Origin: Helicobacteraceae bacterium
GTDB lineage: Bacteria; Campylobacterota; Campylobacteria; Campylobacterales; Helicobacteraceae
Direction of reading: 5' to 3'
Length of the DNA: 59,331 bases
Assembly (NCBI GenBank): GCA_029258405.1
Contig: JARHYY010000061.1
Span: forward strand, 1-59,331
In this document: positions 49,735 to 59,331 of the stretch, one piece after another
Layout of the letters: every line of letters begins with the position of its first letter
How positions within the stretch are numbered: the stretch's first letter is position 1
Position numbers and translations under genes: made by a program
Notes under the pieces: generated by a model
Seen by the model: only the letters and a program-made list of their open reading frames with translations
What the model was told of the DNA's origin: nothing
Databases searched by the model: none

Positions 49735-50875
49735 TTCCTCGCTCCCTCAAGTCAGCGGATTAAAATATATCGCTGATATTGATAGCATTGCTTTTGAGTG
49801 GGGTACGCTCAATAGTTTTACTGATATTCAAGGATATTACCTCTATCGCAAAACCGTTGAAGACAGCTCTTATAAGCTTATAGCAACTATACCTTCACGA
49901 TTTTCTACCCATTATGTTGATAGTGAGCTTACCCCAAATACTACCTATTTGTATCGCATAGCCTCATACAATAGCAAGGGCGATTCTTCTATTGCTTCAG
50001 AGCCAATTAAGGCTACAACACAGTCTTTAGCCCCATTGAGCTTTGCCCAAGCCATAGGCAATTATCCTAAAAAAATTAAACTACTTTGGTCGCCTCATAC
50101 AGATTTACGCGTTAATGGCTACTTGATACAGAGAACAACAGATAAAGATTTTGTAGATGTTACTGTTATTAATAATCGTCTTGCCGCGGAATATATAGAC
50201 ATTGGTTTAGAGGATAACACCCAATACCATTATCGCATTTTTGCCTTGAGTGGCAATAATGTCAAATCTCAACCTTCAGAACTATTAAGTGCAAAGACAA
50301 AACCAGCACCACCTATACCACAAGGGGTGTTTGCCTCCTTTGATTTGCCAAAGCAAGTACGCATCAGTTGGCAGCCAAGTATGCAAAAAGATGTGGTGCT
50401 TTATAGGGTGTATCGTTCTGTCTTAGGAGGTATCTCTCAAGAACAGATTGGTGAAGTGCCAGTTCCTGAAACAAGCTTTATAGATAAAAGCGAAATTGAT
50501 GGTGTTCGTTATGGATATTATGTTGTAGCTGTGGATAAAGATGGTTTAATGAGCAATTTTCAAAAAGATGCCATTATTGGGGGTACGCTGCCAGCTCCAG
50601 AAGCACCAAAAATTCAAAGTATTCGTTTTGAGAATGGAAAGGTAGCTATCAATTGGGTTGCAGGAGATGAAAGAAGTGTTCAATATACTATTAATAAGCA
50701 AGAAGATGGTTTCTTTCCAAAAAAAGAGCGTTTTATTTCTATCCCCTACACTTATTTTTATGATAGTGAAGTTGTTTTAGGAGAAAAGTATTTATATAAT
50801 GTGATTGCTTTAGATAAGAATGGATTAGAATCAGTTCCAAGCCAAACGGTATCTATAACTTTGCAGAAGGATTAA
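49658..50875 (+). CDS. Fibronectin type III domain lipoprotein (FlpA-like)
   Basis: Lipobox FSGC; repeated FN3 motifs (W..GYxxYR..YxDxxLxPNTxYxYRI). Confidence 0.85.
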   Translation: MKFYNCLLLWILFVFSGCMSHQMKIDSSLPQVSGLKYIADIDSIAFEWGTLNSFTDIQGYYLYRKTVEDSSYKLIATIPSRFSTHYVDSELTPNTTYLYRIASYNSKGDSSIASEPIKATTQSLAPLSFAQAIGNYPKKIKLLWSPHTDLRVNGYLIQRTTDKDFVDVTVINNRLAAEYIDIGLEDNTQYHYRIFALSGNNVKSQPSELLSAKTKPAPPIPQGVFASFDLPKQVRISWQPSMQKDVVLYRVYRSVLGGISQEQIGEVPVPETSFIDKSEIDGVRYGYYVVAVDKDGLMSNFQKDAIIGGTLPAPEAPKIQSIRFENGKVAINWVAGDERSVQYTINKQEDGFFPKKERFISIPYTYFYDSEVVLGEKYLYNVIALDKNGLESVPSQTVSITLQKD

Positions 50876-50876
50876 G

Positions 50877-52061
50877 ATGCCCCATCTGATATTTTCTGTA
50901 CCCATAGAAATACCCTATCCTTATTGCGAAGGCGATTATACCTTTTTGGAATGTTTTTTTTCAGAATCGCATAATGCTTTGATGTTAGTTCGCTATAAGG
51001 ATATATATTTTTTTTTGACCATACAGAAAAAAGATAGGAAGTTTTTTGTCAAAATTGATAAGAAAACACGAGTTGTACCAGTAGGGATTGCAAAAAAGGC
51101 TTTAGAAATATGTAAAAATTTTTATAAAGATTTCTTATTGCATGATAACTTAAGCAAAAATACCTTAAAGCAACAGAATGAAAGTCCATATCTTATAAGT
51201 GCTGATACATTTTATACATATATACCCGACCAAAAAACTTGCATTCTTGAAATTGGCTTTGGGAGCGGAAGAAAGATTTTAAATGATGCGAGCAACCATA
51301 AAGATACATTTTTTTTTGGCATTGAAACTCACACGCCTTCAATAGAGCAGGTGTTACGGCAAATTACTTTAAAAAAATTAAAAAATGTTTATATCATAAA
51401 AGGTGATGCACGGTTGATTATTCAATCATTACCTTATAATACATTGTTTGATAAAATAATTGTGCATTTTCCTATCCCTTGGGACAAGCAACATCGATGG
51501 GTTATTAATGAGCATTTTATAACCCATGCTCAACAAATTATCAAGGATTCAGGGTATTTACATCTGCGAACAGATGATTTTTTATATTTGACTGAAAGCC
51601 TTAAAAGCATGATGTATCTTGCTCAAGGTTATTGGGAGGTTTTTAAAAATAAACCTGAAGATACTATAAGCAAATATGAAACAAGATGGATAAAACAGCA
51701 TAAAGATATTTATGATATTTTTTGGTATCCACAAGGAGCAAGAGAAGATAATGAATATAAAAATTACAATTTTAACTTCCTGCCTCATGAAGCAAAAAAA
51801 CTCTATGAGCGATTTTCTTGCGAACATTTTATGCCTATAAAAAAAATGACTGATTCTGTTTTGCTCTCTGCTAAAGCTCTTTATCGTTCAAAAAATGGTT
51901 CTCTTGTTATTGCCCTATGTATGGGCAATAAATACTATCCTCAAAATACTTATTTAATAATTATCCATGATGAAGAATTTAGGGCTTTTTATTGCCCCGC
52001 CTTATTAGCAACGAGCTATCAAGCTCATTGTATGCTTAAGTCTTTAGAGGAGAATATATGA
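50877..52061 (+). CDS. trmB: tRNA (guanine-N7)-methyltransferase
   Basis: LEIGFGSG, HFPIPW, LRTD and SKYE motifs. Confidence 0.9.
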   Translation: MPHLIFSVPIEIPYPYCEGDYTFLECFFSESHNALMLVRYKDIYFFLTIQKKDRKFFVKIDKKTRVVPVGIAKKALEICKNFYKDFLLHDNLSKNTLKQQNESPYLISADTFYTYIPDQKTCILEIGFGSGRKILNDASNHKDTFFFGIETHTPSIEQVLRQITLKKLKNVYIIKGDARLIIQSLPYNTLFDKIIVHFPIPWDKQHRWVINEHFITHAQQIIKDSGYLHLRTDDFLYLTESLKSMMYLAQGYWEVFKNKPEDTISKYETRWIKQHKDIYDIFWYPQGAREDNEYKNYNFNFLPHEAKKLYERFSCEHFMPIKKMTDSVLLSAKALYRSKNGSLVIALCMGNKYYPQNTYLIIIHDEEFRAFYCPALLATSYQAHCMLKSLEENI

Positions 52062-52735
52062 AAAGAGAAGTTATTGTTGCTGCTGAAAAAATTTATTTAG
52101 GCTACAAAAAAGAAGAATCTGTTATTAAGAATGCGTCTTTTCAAATTCGAGAAAAAGAGTTTGTGTTTATCAGCGGTCCAAGTGGAAGCGGAAAAAGCAC
52201 CCTTTTGCGTTCTCTTTATGGAGATTTAGAGCTTTATGGGGGTATTTTAGAAATTCTAGGGATAGATATGAAAAACCCTAAAGAAAATGAGATTGATGAA
52301 TTACGAAGGCATATAGGTATTGTTTTTCAAGATTATAAATTAATTAAAGATTGGAATGTTGAAAAAAATGTCATGCTTCCTATGATTATTAATGGCTATT
52401 CCAAAGAAATTTGCCGCTCTCAAACCTCTAAACTTCTGAATCATATTAAACTTTCACACAAGGCAAATAATTATCCCTTAGAATTAAGCGGTGGAGAACA
52501 GCAAAGAGTTGCCATGGCAAGAGCATTAGCACATAATCCCATTATGATTTTAGCTGATGAACCTACAGGCAATCTTGATGAGCATTCAAGTGAAATTATT
52601 TGGAATCTGTTACGCGGAGCAAATGAACAGTTAGGCATTAGTGTAGTGGTGGTTACACATCGCATTCCTGAGCTTTGGGGGGTGCATTGCCGACAATTGC
52701 ACATTGATAAAGGGGAGATTTATGAAGTTTCTTAA
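52058..52735 (+). CDS. ftsE: Cell division ATP-binding protein FtsE
   Basis: GPSGSGKST, VFQDYKL, LSGGEQQRV and ADEPTGNLD motifs. Confidence 0.93.
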   Translation: MKREVIVAAEKIYLGYKKEESVIKNASFQIREKEFVFISGPSGSGKSTLLRSLYGDLELYGGILEILGIDMKNPKENEIDELRRHIGIVFQDYKLIKDWNVEKNVMLPMIINGYSKEICRSQTSKLLNHIKLSHKANNYPLELSGGEQQRVAMARALAHNPIMILADEPTGNLDEHSSEIIWNLLRGANEQLGISVVVVTHRIPELWGVHCRQLHIDKGEIYEVS

Positions 52736-53543
52736 AAGGCATTTGTCTTTAATTATTCCTTTGTTGGCAATACTTTTTAGCATTGAGGCTATGCTCACTA
52801 TCACAAGAATACAAGAAGCTTATGAAGTTAATCTCAAAAAAAGTTATTCAATTATTTTAGCAGCAAGTCGTGAATTGAAAAGTGATGAGATTCTTTTGCG
52901 CGTAAGTGAGTTTAAGAGCTTAAATCCCATAAGTTCTGAGTCAATTGTCGAACGACTCAAAGGAGAGATTAGCGAAGAAAATATCGAACGACTTAAAGGC
53001 ACATTGCCTTATTATTATTCTATCACCCTTTCTGAATTTCCAAATCAATCTCGCCTAGAAAGTATTAGTGCTACCCTTAGAGAGATAAAGGATGTGCAGC
53101 GAGTAGAAAGTTTTTCAAAAGCACATGATAGGATCTATCGCTTGCTCCTTATTTTACAAGGGACGATTATAGCTTTTGGAATTTCTCTAAGTATAGTAAG
53201 CGTACTTTTAATGGTGAAACAAATTGAAGTGTGGTATTTTGAGCACAGTGAAAGAATGGAGATAATGACACTTTTAGGTGCACCCGGGTGGCTCAAAAAT
53301 GGTTTGCTCTTTAAGTTAGCTATTGTAGATTCTATTGTAGCATCTCTTTTTGTTACTGTGATTATGCTCTATATGAGCTTGCAATCCCCCATTATTGCCA
53401 TTTTATCAGAAGTGGGTGCTCATACCCCCGTGTTTTTTCCTCAATATGATTTTTTTATACTCTTAATATTTTCTTTAGCCATTGCTAATATTTCTGTTTT
53501 TGTTGTAATCTCACGAATTGCGAAGTCAAGGAATAATGTATGA
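52722..53543 (+). CDS. ftsX: Cell division permease FtsX
   Basis: 4-TM layout, MEIMTLLGA motif, position after ftsE. Confidence 0.88.
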   Translation: MKFLKRHLSLIIPLLAILFSIEAMLTITRIQEAYEVNLKKSYSIILAASRELKSDEILLRVSEFKSLNPISSESIVERLKGEISEENIERLKGTLPYYYSITLSEFPNQSRLESISATLREIKDVQRVESFSKAHDRIYRLLLILQGTIIAFGISLSIVSVLLMVKQIEVWYFEHSERMEIMTLLGAPGWLKNGLLFKLAIVDSIVASLFVTVIMLYMSLQSPIIAILSEVGAHTPVFFPQYDFFILLIFSLAIANISVFVVISRIAKSRNNV

Positions 53544-54775
53544 AAATGATAGTAGTTTTATTATTTATTTTTTCTCTCTCTTGTGCAGCAAATGTTGATA
53601 AGGAAATTGAAAAAACGACACAAGGGCTCAAAGAAAAGCTCCAAAGAGAGAAAACGCTAACCAACCAGCTCGAGGTGCTAGGTGCAGAGGTAGAAAAATA
53701 CAACAAACAAATTAATACACTTGATAAAAAAATCACAACCTCAACAACTCTTATAAAACAAAATGAAGGGACAGTAAAAAAGCGTGTGCAAGAGTTAAGT
53801 AACCTTGACAAAAAGCATATCCAATTAGAAGAGCAAAGAGCAGGCATAGAACAAGAGCTTGTTAAATATCTCTCTGAAGAATTAGCCTTTATGATTTTAC
53901 TTGATGGATATAGTCTTAATTCCCCCGAAGAAATGATTCAGCAAGATGTTTTTCATTTATTGAGTGTTAATTCTAAGGATAATATAAATAATCTTTCTCA
54001 CGAGCAAAATGGGATTATAAATAATATTAAAAATATTGAAAACGAAATTGAAAAAACAAAACTTTTTATTCAAAGAGAAAATGAGCGACAAAAAGAGCTT
54101 GACGAAAGCAAGAAAAAACAAAAAGAAGCACTCATAGGGCTTAATAGCGAACTCAAGAAATATAATAATGAATTAAGCACCATTTTACAGGAACGAGATT
54201 CATTGCAAGCACTATTAAAAAGCCTTAATGTTAAAAAAGAGGAAGAAAAAGAACGACTAGCTAGGCAAAGAGAACGGGAGCTTGCTCAAAAAAATATGCA
54301 ACAAGCTTCCAAGACACCAAATAATATCCAAAAAATCGATGTAAGACAAGTAGGAAGCTCATACCATGATGTAAAAACTATAAAATACAAAGGAAAAAAG
54401 ACTATAGCTCCACTAGAGAGATACAAAATTGATAGAAAATTTGGACCATACTATGACCCTATTTATAATTTACGAACATTTAGCGAATCGGTTACTTTTA
54501 TTCCTCTTGAAAAGGATTCTAAAGTAAAGAGTGTTTTTAATGGTGAAGTCATTTTTGCTAAAGAAGTACCTTTATTAAAAAGGGTAGTAGTCATTAAACA
54601 CAGTAATGATATTCATACCATTTACGCACAGCTTGATAAAATAGCCCCTAGTATAAGTGTAGGCAAAAAGGTAACCCAAGGCTTTGTAATAGGAAGTGTA
54701 AATAATAAACTTATGCTTGAAGTAACGCAAAAAAACCTCCATGTTGATCCCTTAGAGTTAATTAATGTAAAATAA
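53540..54775 (+). CDS. envC: Murein hydrolase activator EnvC-like
   Basis: Signal peptide, long coiled coil, degenerate LytM domain; follows ftsEX. Confidence 0.82.
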   Translation: MKMIVVLLFIFSLSCAANVDKEIEKTTQGLKEKLQREKTLTNQLEVLGAEVEKYNKQINTLDKKITTSTTLIKQNEGTVKKRVQELSNLDKKHIQLEEQRAGIEQELVKYLSEELAFMILLDGYSLNSPEEMIQQDVFHLLSVNSKDNINNLSHEQNGIINNIKNIENEIEKTKLFIQRENERQKELDESKKKQKEALIGLNSELKKYNNELSTILQERDSLQALLKSLNVKKEEEKERLARQRERELAQKNMQQASKTPNNIQKIDVRQVGSSYHDVKTIKYKGKKTIAPLERYKIDRKFGPYYDPIYNLRTFSESVTFIPLEKDSKVKSVFNGEVIFAKEVPLLKRVVVIKHSNDIHTIYAQLDKIAPSISVGKKVTQGFVIGSVNNKLMLEVTQKNLHVDPLELINVK

Positions 54776-54779
54776 TTGC

Positions 54780-54806
54780 TCAAGTTTTTATCCTTTTTAC
54801 CGATTT
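54780..54806 (+). promoter_or_regulatory. sigma28 promoter of flaG-fliD-fliS-fliT
   Basis: TCAA-N15-ACCGATTT upstream of an operon that is FliA-dependent in related species. Confidence 0.65.
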
Positions 54807-54890
54807 GAAAGGTACAAATAATATAATTATGATATGTAGTCAGAGAGTGCATACTTTATTTTATAATTCATTTTCATCATGGAGGATAAT

Positions 54891-55316
54891 ATGGATACTA
54901 TCAACACCACTAACACTACTGCCACTGCTGTTACCAACACTGTTGCTCCCAAAAACAGCATTAATGCAAATCAAATAAAAAGCAATATTGCTTCACATAC
55001 GGACATAGCACCAAAAATAAAAGAAATACAAAATAATAGAGATGGGCAGATTCAAAACTTTTCAAATAATACCGATATAGAAGAAAGTTTGCAGCAAGAG
55101 AGACTTGAAGAGCTCATTAATGAACTCAATGCAGAGTATAATCCTCTAAACTTAAATGTTTCTTTTGCCTATGATGAAAATATACATTCATTGTATGTTG
55201 AAGTCAAGCGAATTGATACTGGTGAAGTCCTCCGACAAATTCCTAGCGAAGAAGCTTTAAAGCTGATGGCAGTTATGAAGGAAATTCAAGGTGTGATTTT
55301 CGATGTAAGGGTTTAA
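54891..55316 (+). CDS. flaG: Flagellar protein FlaG
   Basis: DTGEVLRQIPSEE motif; GGAGG RBS before ATG 54891. Confidence 0.92.
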   Translation: MDTINTTNTTATAVTNTVAPKNSINANQIKSNIASHTDIAPKIKEIQNNRDGQIQNFSNNTDIEESLQQERLEELINELNAEYNPLNLNVSFAYDENIHSLYVEVKRIDTGEVLRQIPSEEALKLMAVMKEIQGVIFDVRV

Positions 55317-55334
55317 TTCAATAAGGAGTGTAAA

Positions 55335-57422
55335 ATGGCTGGAAGTATGAGCGTAATGGGACTAGGAGGCGGCTTTCTTGATGCTGATCTGCTTGATGAA
55401 CATAGAAAATTAATGGAATCTGCAACTATCGAACCCATAGTAAAAAATATGCAGAAAAACTTGGATAAACAAAAAAGTTTGCTTGAAGTTACAACAATAA
55501 TTGAAAAGCTCAAAACAGCAACAAATAAATTTACAGGATTAGATGCATATTCCAAGAGAAAGGGTACAGTTACAGGAGAGGGCGTTACTGCAACTATTGG
55601 TGCAGGCGTAGCGTTACAAGATATTAAAATTCAGGTTCATCAACTTGCCAAAACTGATGTAACACAAGTGAATAGAAGATTTGAAAATAGAGATAGTGTA
55701 TTTTCTACAACTAACACTGTTTTTCAGTTTAATCATAATGGGCAGGATTATAAAATCAACATAAGAGCAGGACAAAGTGTTGGCGATGTTGCTCAAGCTA
55801 TCACTGATGCAACAGATGGTCAAGTAATGGGTATTATGATGAAAACAGGTGGTTCGCAGCCTTATCAACTCATGGTACAGAGTAAAGAATCTGGTGAAAA
55901 TAATCGTGTATATTTTGGTAATACCATCTCTAGCAATACTGTAAAAGGAGGGGCACTAAAAGGCGATTTTAGTCTTACTTTAAAAGATGCATCTGGCAAT
56001 GATCAAAAACTTACTATTAATCTTGATACATCTGCTGGGAATACCCCCCAAGATAATGTCGATGCTATCCAAAAAGCTTTAGAAACTGCTATTAAAGGAA
56101 ATAGTAGTTTGAAAGATTTGTATGACAAGGGTGATATAAATGTAGGGATCACTAGAGAGGGTACAGGTTTTGTTATCAATGATAAAAGAGGGCATGATGT
56201 TGCCATTGCTAATGGGAGCTTAAAAGTTTCTGATATTGGTTTGAGTGAGCACACCTCATCTATTGCTAGCGATGATTTCAAAGGCAGTACAGCTGTAAAA
56301 GCTGGATTAGTTCAGGGCAAAATTACCATAGGTGATGTGAGCATTGATTTAGGACAAGTTACTAATGCCTCTAATACGGCTCAACAAAATTTAGATGCTA
56401 TCGTGAAACATATCAATGATAACACTAAAAATCAAGTAAAGGCAGAAGCAAAAGATGGTGCTTTAGTAGTAAATAACCTAACGAATTCTGGAGCTGGTGT
56501 TCAAATTATTTTAGATGCAAATAATACTAATGACCAAAATAGTGCTATTGCTTCTCAATTAGGTATCACGGGTGGTTCTCATACCTCTTTTCAAAATTTT
56601 ATCAAAGATGTAGGGCTTACAAGCATCCAAACAGCACAAGATGCAAAATTTAGCTGGAATGATATTGAAGTCTCTCGCCCATCAAATACCATTGATGATG
56701 TTTTGAGTGGTGTTAATATAGAGCTCACTAAAGCACATGAAGGTAGCAGTTATTCTATGGTTCGTGTAACTAGTGATGATGAAGATATTTTTAAGGATAT
56801 CGATGAATTTGTTGAAGCTTATAATGAGCTGATGGTAAAACTTGCCGAAGTAACTAAATCTGATAAGGATATTTCCCTTGCGGGTATTTTTAATGGAGAG
56901 AGTACAATAAGGGATATTCAAAGCTCATTGAAAAGTATTTTGAATTTTTCATCTGGTACACAAAATGTAAGCATAAGCACTTTTGGTTTTACTCTTGATG
57001 ATGATGGAAAGCTTTCTGTGGATAAAGAAAAACTTAAAAATATTTATAAAGACAAAAGAGAAGAAGCCATTGCATTTTTTAGAGGCGGAGAAGTAGTGCT
57101 AGGAGGCACTGAAGTACAAGTAGGAGCAGACAAATGGGAACGAATGGGTGGAACAAAGGTAGAAATCAAAGGCTTGTTTGTTCAGTTTAAGGAAGCTGTT
57201 GATGGCTTAATAAGTGGTGAAAAATCTACTTTGAAATCTTATGAAAAGTCATTAAAAGATGACTATCAGCGTTCAAATGAGGAAAAAGCCAGACAACAAG
57301 AGATGGTTGATAAACGCATAAATGGATTGAAAGAAAAATTCAATGCCTATGATGCAATAATGGCTAAAATGAATAATCAGATGTCTTCATTACAAAAAAT
57401 GATGAATGCATCAGAGAAGTAA
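55335..57422 (+). CDS. fliD: Flagellar filament cap protein
   Basis: MAGSMSVMGLG, VHQLAK, AQDA, SRPSNTIDD and EFVEAYN motifs; C-terminal coiled coil. Confidence 0.93.
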   Translation: MAGSMSVMGLGGGFLDADLLDEHRKLMESATIEPIVKNMQKNLDKQKSLLEVTTIIEKLKTATNKFTGLDAYSKRKGTVTGEGVTATIGAGVALQDIKIQVHQLAKTDVTQVNRRFENRDSVFSTTNTVFQFNHNGQDYKINIRAGQSVGDVAQAITDATDGQVMGIMMKTGGSQPYQLMVQSKESGENNRVYFGNTISSNTVKGGALKGDFSLTLKDASGNDQKLTINLDTSAGNTPQDNVDAIQKALETAIKGNSSLKDLYDKGDINVGITREGTGFVINDKRGHDVAIANGSLKVSDIGLSEHTSSIASDDFKGSTAVKAGLVQGKITIGDVSIDLGQVTNASNTAQQNLDAIVKHINDNTKNQVKAEAKDGALVVNNLTNSGAGVQIILDANNTNDQNSAIASQLGITGGSHTSFQNFIKDVGLTSIQTAQDAKFSWNDIEVSRPSNTIDDVLSGVNIELTKAHEGSSYSMVRVTSDDEDIFKDIDEFVEAYNELMVKLAEVTKSDKDISLAGIFNGESTIRDIQSSLKSILNFSSGTQNVSISTFGFTLDDDGKLSVDKEKLKNIYKDKREEAIAFFRGGEVVLGGTEVQVGADKWERMGGTKVEIKGLFVQFKEAVDGLISGEKSTLKSYEKSLKDDYQRSNEEKARQQEMVDKRINGLKEKFNAYDAIMAKMNNQMSSLQKMMNASEK

Positions 57423-57445
57423 CAGTGTAAAAAAGGAGTGCGAGT

Positions 57446-57835
57446 ATGCTTAAAGGAAAAGCTTATAATTCATACACACAAAGCTCTGTTGCTGTGCAAT
57501 CTCCAGCAAAGTTAGTAGAGATGTTGTATGAGGGTATTTTACGATTTAGTGTTGCTGCTAAGCAGGGCATTGAAGAGGAAGATATTGAAAAAAAGATTTA
57601 TTATATCAATAGAATTACAGATATTTTTGCCGAACTTTTGAGCTCTTTGGACTATGAAAAAGGTGGGCAGGTTGCCCACTACCTTACAGGGTTATATACT
57701 CATCAAATCAAGCTTTTAACACAAGCTAATATTGAAGATGATGCGAGCAAAATAGATATTGTTGTTCGTGTTGTTCGAGGGCTCTTAGAGGCATGGAGGG
57801 AGGTTCATCCAGATGAATTGGGAAATGCAGTTTAA
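57446..57835 (+). CDS. fliS: Flagellin chaperone FliS
   Basis: SPAKLVEMLYEG, LDYEKGG and LLEAWRE motifs. Confidence 0.95.
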   Translation: MLKGKAYNSYTQSSVAVQSPAKLVEMLYEGILRFSVAAKQGIEEEDIEKKIYYINRITDIFAELLSSLDYEKGGQVAHYLTGLYTHQIKLLTQANIEDDASKIDIVVRVVRGLLEAWREVHPDELGNAV

Positions 57836-58070
57836 AATAGCAATCTTAGAGCGAAAACCAGAAAAAATTATTGAGGCTATAGAAAATGTGCCACCTATAG
57901 AAGACATAAAAGACCTTCAAGAAAAGCAGGCTTTATATGACTACTTAGAGCAGGGGCTAGAAATAATAGAGGAAGCTAAAAAAGAGATACTTGAAGATAT
58001 GGAAAAACTTAAGAAAGTAAGAGCATTCTTAAAAACAAATCCATATGGTAAAGATAAAGCTCTTTTGTAG
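57813..58070 (+). CDS. fliT: FliT-like flagellar protein
   Basis: Small helical ORF overlapping fliS in the conserved position. Confidence 0.65.
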   Translation: MNWEMQFKIAILERKPEKIIEAIENVPPIEDIKDLQEKQALYDYLEQGLEIIEEAKKEILEDMEKLKKVRAFLKTNPYGKDKALL

Positions 58071-58085
58071 TTTTATAAAAATAGT

Positions 58086-58112
58086 TGCGACTCAAGATAC
58101 TTCTTAGTCGCA
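58086..58112. repeat. Hairpin after fliT containing an inverted copy of the intron 5' motif
   Basis: TGCGACT..AGTCGCA; 58104-58118 on the minus strand reads AAACCGTGCGACTAA versus AAACTGTGCGACTTA at 58271-58285. Confidence 0.55.
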
Positions 58113-58275
58113 CGGTTTAAATATAAATAATACCCCTTAGAGTTATGTTTTTAAATCCCCAAAGCTCAAGCAAGAAAATTCTCACAGATGAAAAATATAC
58201 AAAGAATCTAAATTATCAATTAAAATCTTAAAAGTTAATCACAATATTTTCAAATTATATCATGATTCTAAAACT

Positions 58276-58900
58276 GTGCGACTTACTCAACTATATCCAA
58301 CCATAAACCTAAAGACTCAAACAAGCAATAAGCCTTAAAGGATTTACTTAATACCCACAAAATTATATTATAAGCTTATTGTAAAAGAAAGCTTAAGTAC
58401 AAGCTAAAGAGTAAAAACACTTAGAATTATATATGCCATATAAAAAATTAAGGAGTTATTTAAAAGCACCCTTATACATATGCTCTCATTAATTCTATTG
58501 ATGATTAAGGAGCAATAGTTTAAAAGTTTAATATTAAGAGCATGTTTATACATTAATAAGTAGTGCATTAAGAGTCTAAATATATAAGAGAGCAATATTT
58601 ATTATGCAATATCTTATAATGTTATAGACATTATCTCACTCTTACTAGGGTATATGTATAGCTAGTATTTGAGGAACAAATTAACATAAAAGATAAAAAG
58701 TCATATAAACTGATAACATAGAGTACTTAAGATATATAAATGGATAAGCTCTTATAAGCCTTTGGTTGTTGTATTGAATTATGGTAATGTAACAAGAGCA
58801 ATAAAAGGTTATTATTAAGAGTGTATATGAAAAAACCTTAAAAAGAGCTAGCAAGTTTTATGAATGAAGAATCTTATTAATGTAAGGTATAAACTCTAAG
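58276..58900 (+). mobile_element. Group II intron remnant, 5' part (right boundary approximate)
   Basis: Starts with the canonical GTGCG(AC); homologous to the minus-strand segments at 14010-14150 and 6901-7140, which are linked to D5/D6 and RT remnants. Confidence 0.7.
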
Positions 58901-59026
58901 CATAGATTTAATCTTTTTTGCTTGCTTGGTTTGTTTTTTTATATAAAGATACTACTATTAAATTTAAGCTTAGTTAAAATCTCTATTTTATAGAATCTTA
59001 TTATAATAATGTTTCAAGGAAGCAAT

Positions 59027-59331
59027 ATGACAATGAATATAAAGACAAAGGTATCACTTTTTGCAAGTATAATTATACTCTTTGGAATTATAGCTTTAAG
59101 TATTATATCTATGAGTATGCAAAAAAGTAATTCTATGAATGATACAATGGTAGCACAAGCTGATGAGCTTAGGGTTGTTGATGTAATTATACAGGATATT
59201 AATTATAATGCCGCAGTTGCTATAGAAGGCATACTTAAAGCTATTGACAAAATGCCCTCACATATTTTTGAAAATGAGGAGGAAATAATTAAAGCTATTG
59301 GTCCATTGCTTCAAGTACATAAAAACTCTAC
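59027..59331 (+). CDS. Methyl-accepting chemotaxis protein (Tlp-like), N-terminus only (truncated by window edge)
   Basis: RBS AAGGA; MTMNIKTKVSLFASIIILFGIIALSII TM1, then ..EEEIIKAIGPLL, resembling Campylobacter dCache-type Tlp receptors. Confidence 0.7.
   Translation, partial: MTMNIKTKVSLFASIIILFGIIALSIISMSMQKSNSMNDTMVAQADELRVVDVIIQDINYNAAVAIEGILKAIDKMPSHIFENEEEIIKAIGPLLQVHKNS

Noticed and set aside
58404-58595. 63-aa minus-strand ORF, and the many antisense ORFs within housekeeping genes
   Set aside because: No recognisable motifs; they are shadows of real genes or of intron-derived AT-rich DNA

Overview
AT-rich chromosomal window of a Campylobacterota bacterium, most likely an enterohepatic-type Helicobacter. 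This rests on gene order: rodA-rluD-flpA-trmB-ftsEX-envC-flaG-fliDST, lpxH-cheV-cheA-cheW, ferredoxin-ppx-waaC-lpxL and ccoS-fqrB. Most of it is housekeeping: TCA cycle, cell envelope and division, LPS core/lipid A, chemotaxis, flagellar cap, and 6 tRNA genes. The unusual content is mainly intergenic. (1) Four mutually homologous, decayed group II intron (class B-like) remnants (985-1569, 5996-7170, 13746-14150, 58276-58900); two share a nested, twintron-like junction in the intron's own HNH-coding sequence. (2) A second dispersed ~110-nt repeat resembling IS200/IS605 (TnpB) right ends/reRNA, always in sense orientation in a gene leader, with no tnpA/tnpB in the window. (3) An R-M locus with a Dam-family MTase, an intact degenerate GIY-YIG paralogue and a broken GIY-YIG REase. 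(4) A sugar N-formyltransferase frameshifted at a G7 tract. (5) A putatively sigma28-driven protein carrying an FrpC-like Asp-Pro self-processing module. (6) rodA, whose stop codon lies inside tRNA-Ile2. No CRISPR array or rRNA was seen. All assignments come from reading the sequence and recalled family motifs; no searches were run.
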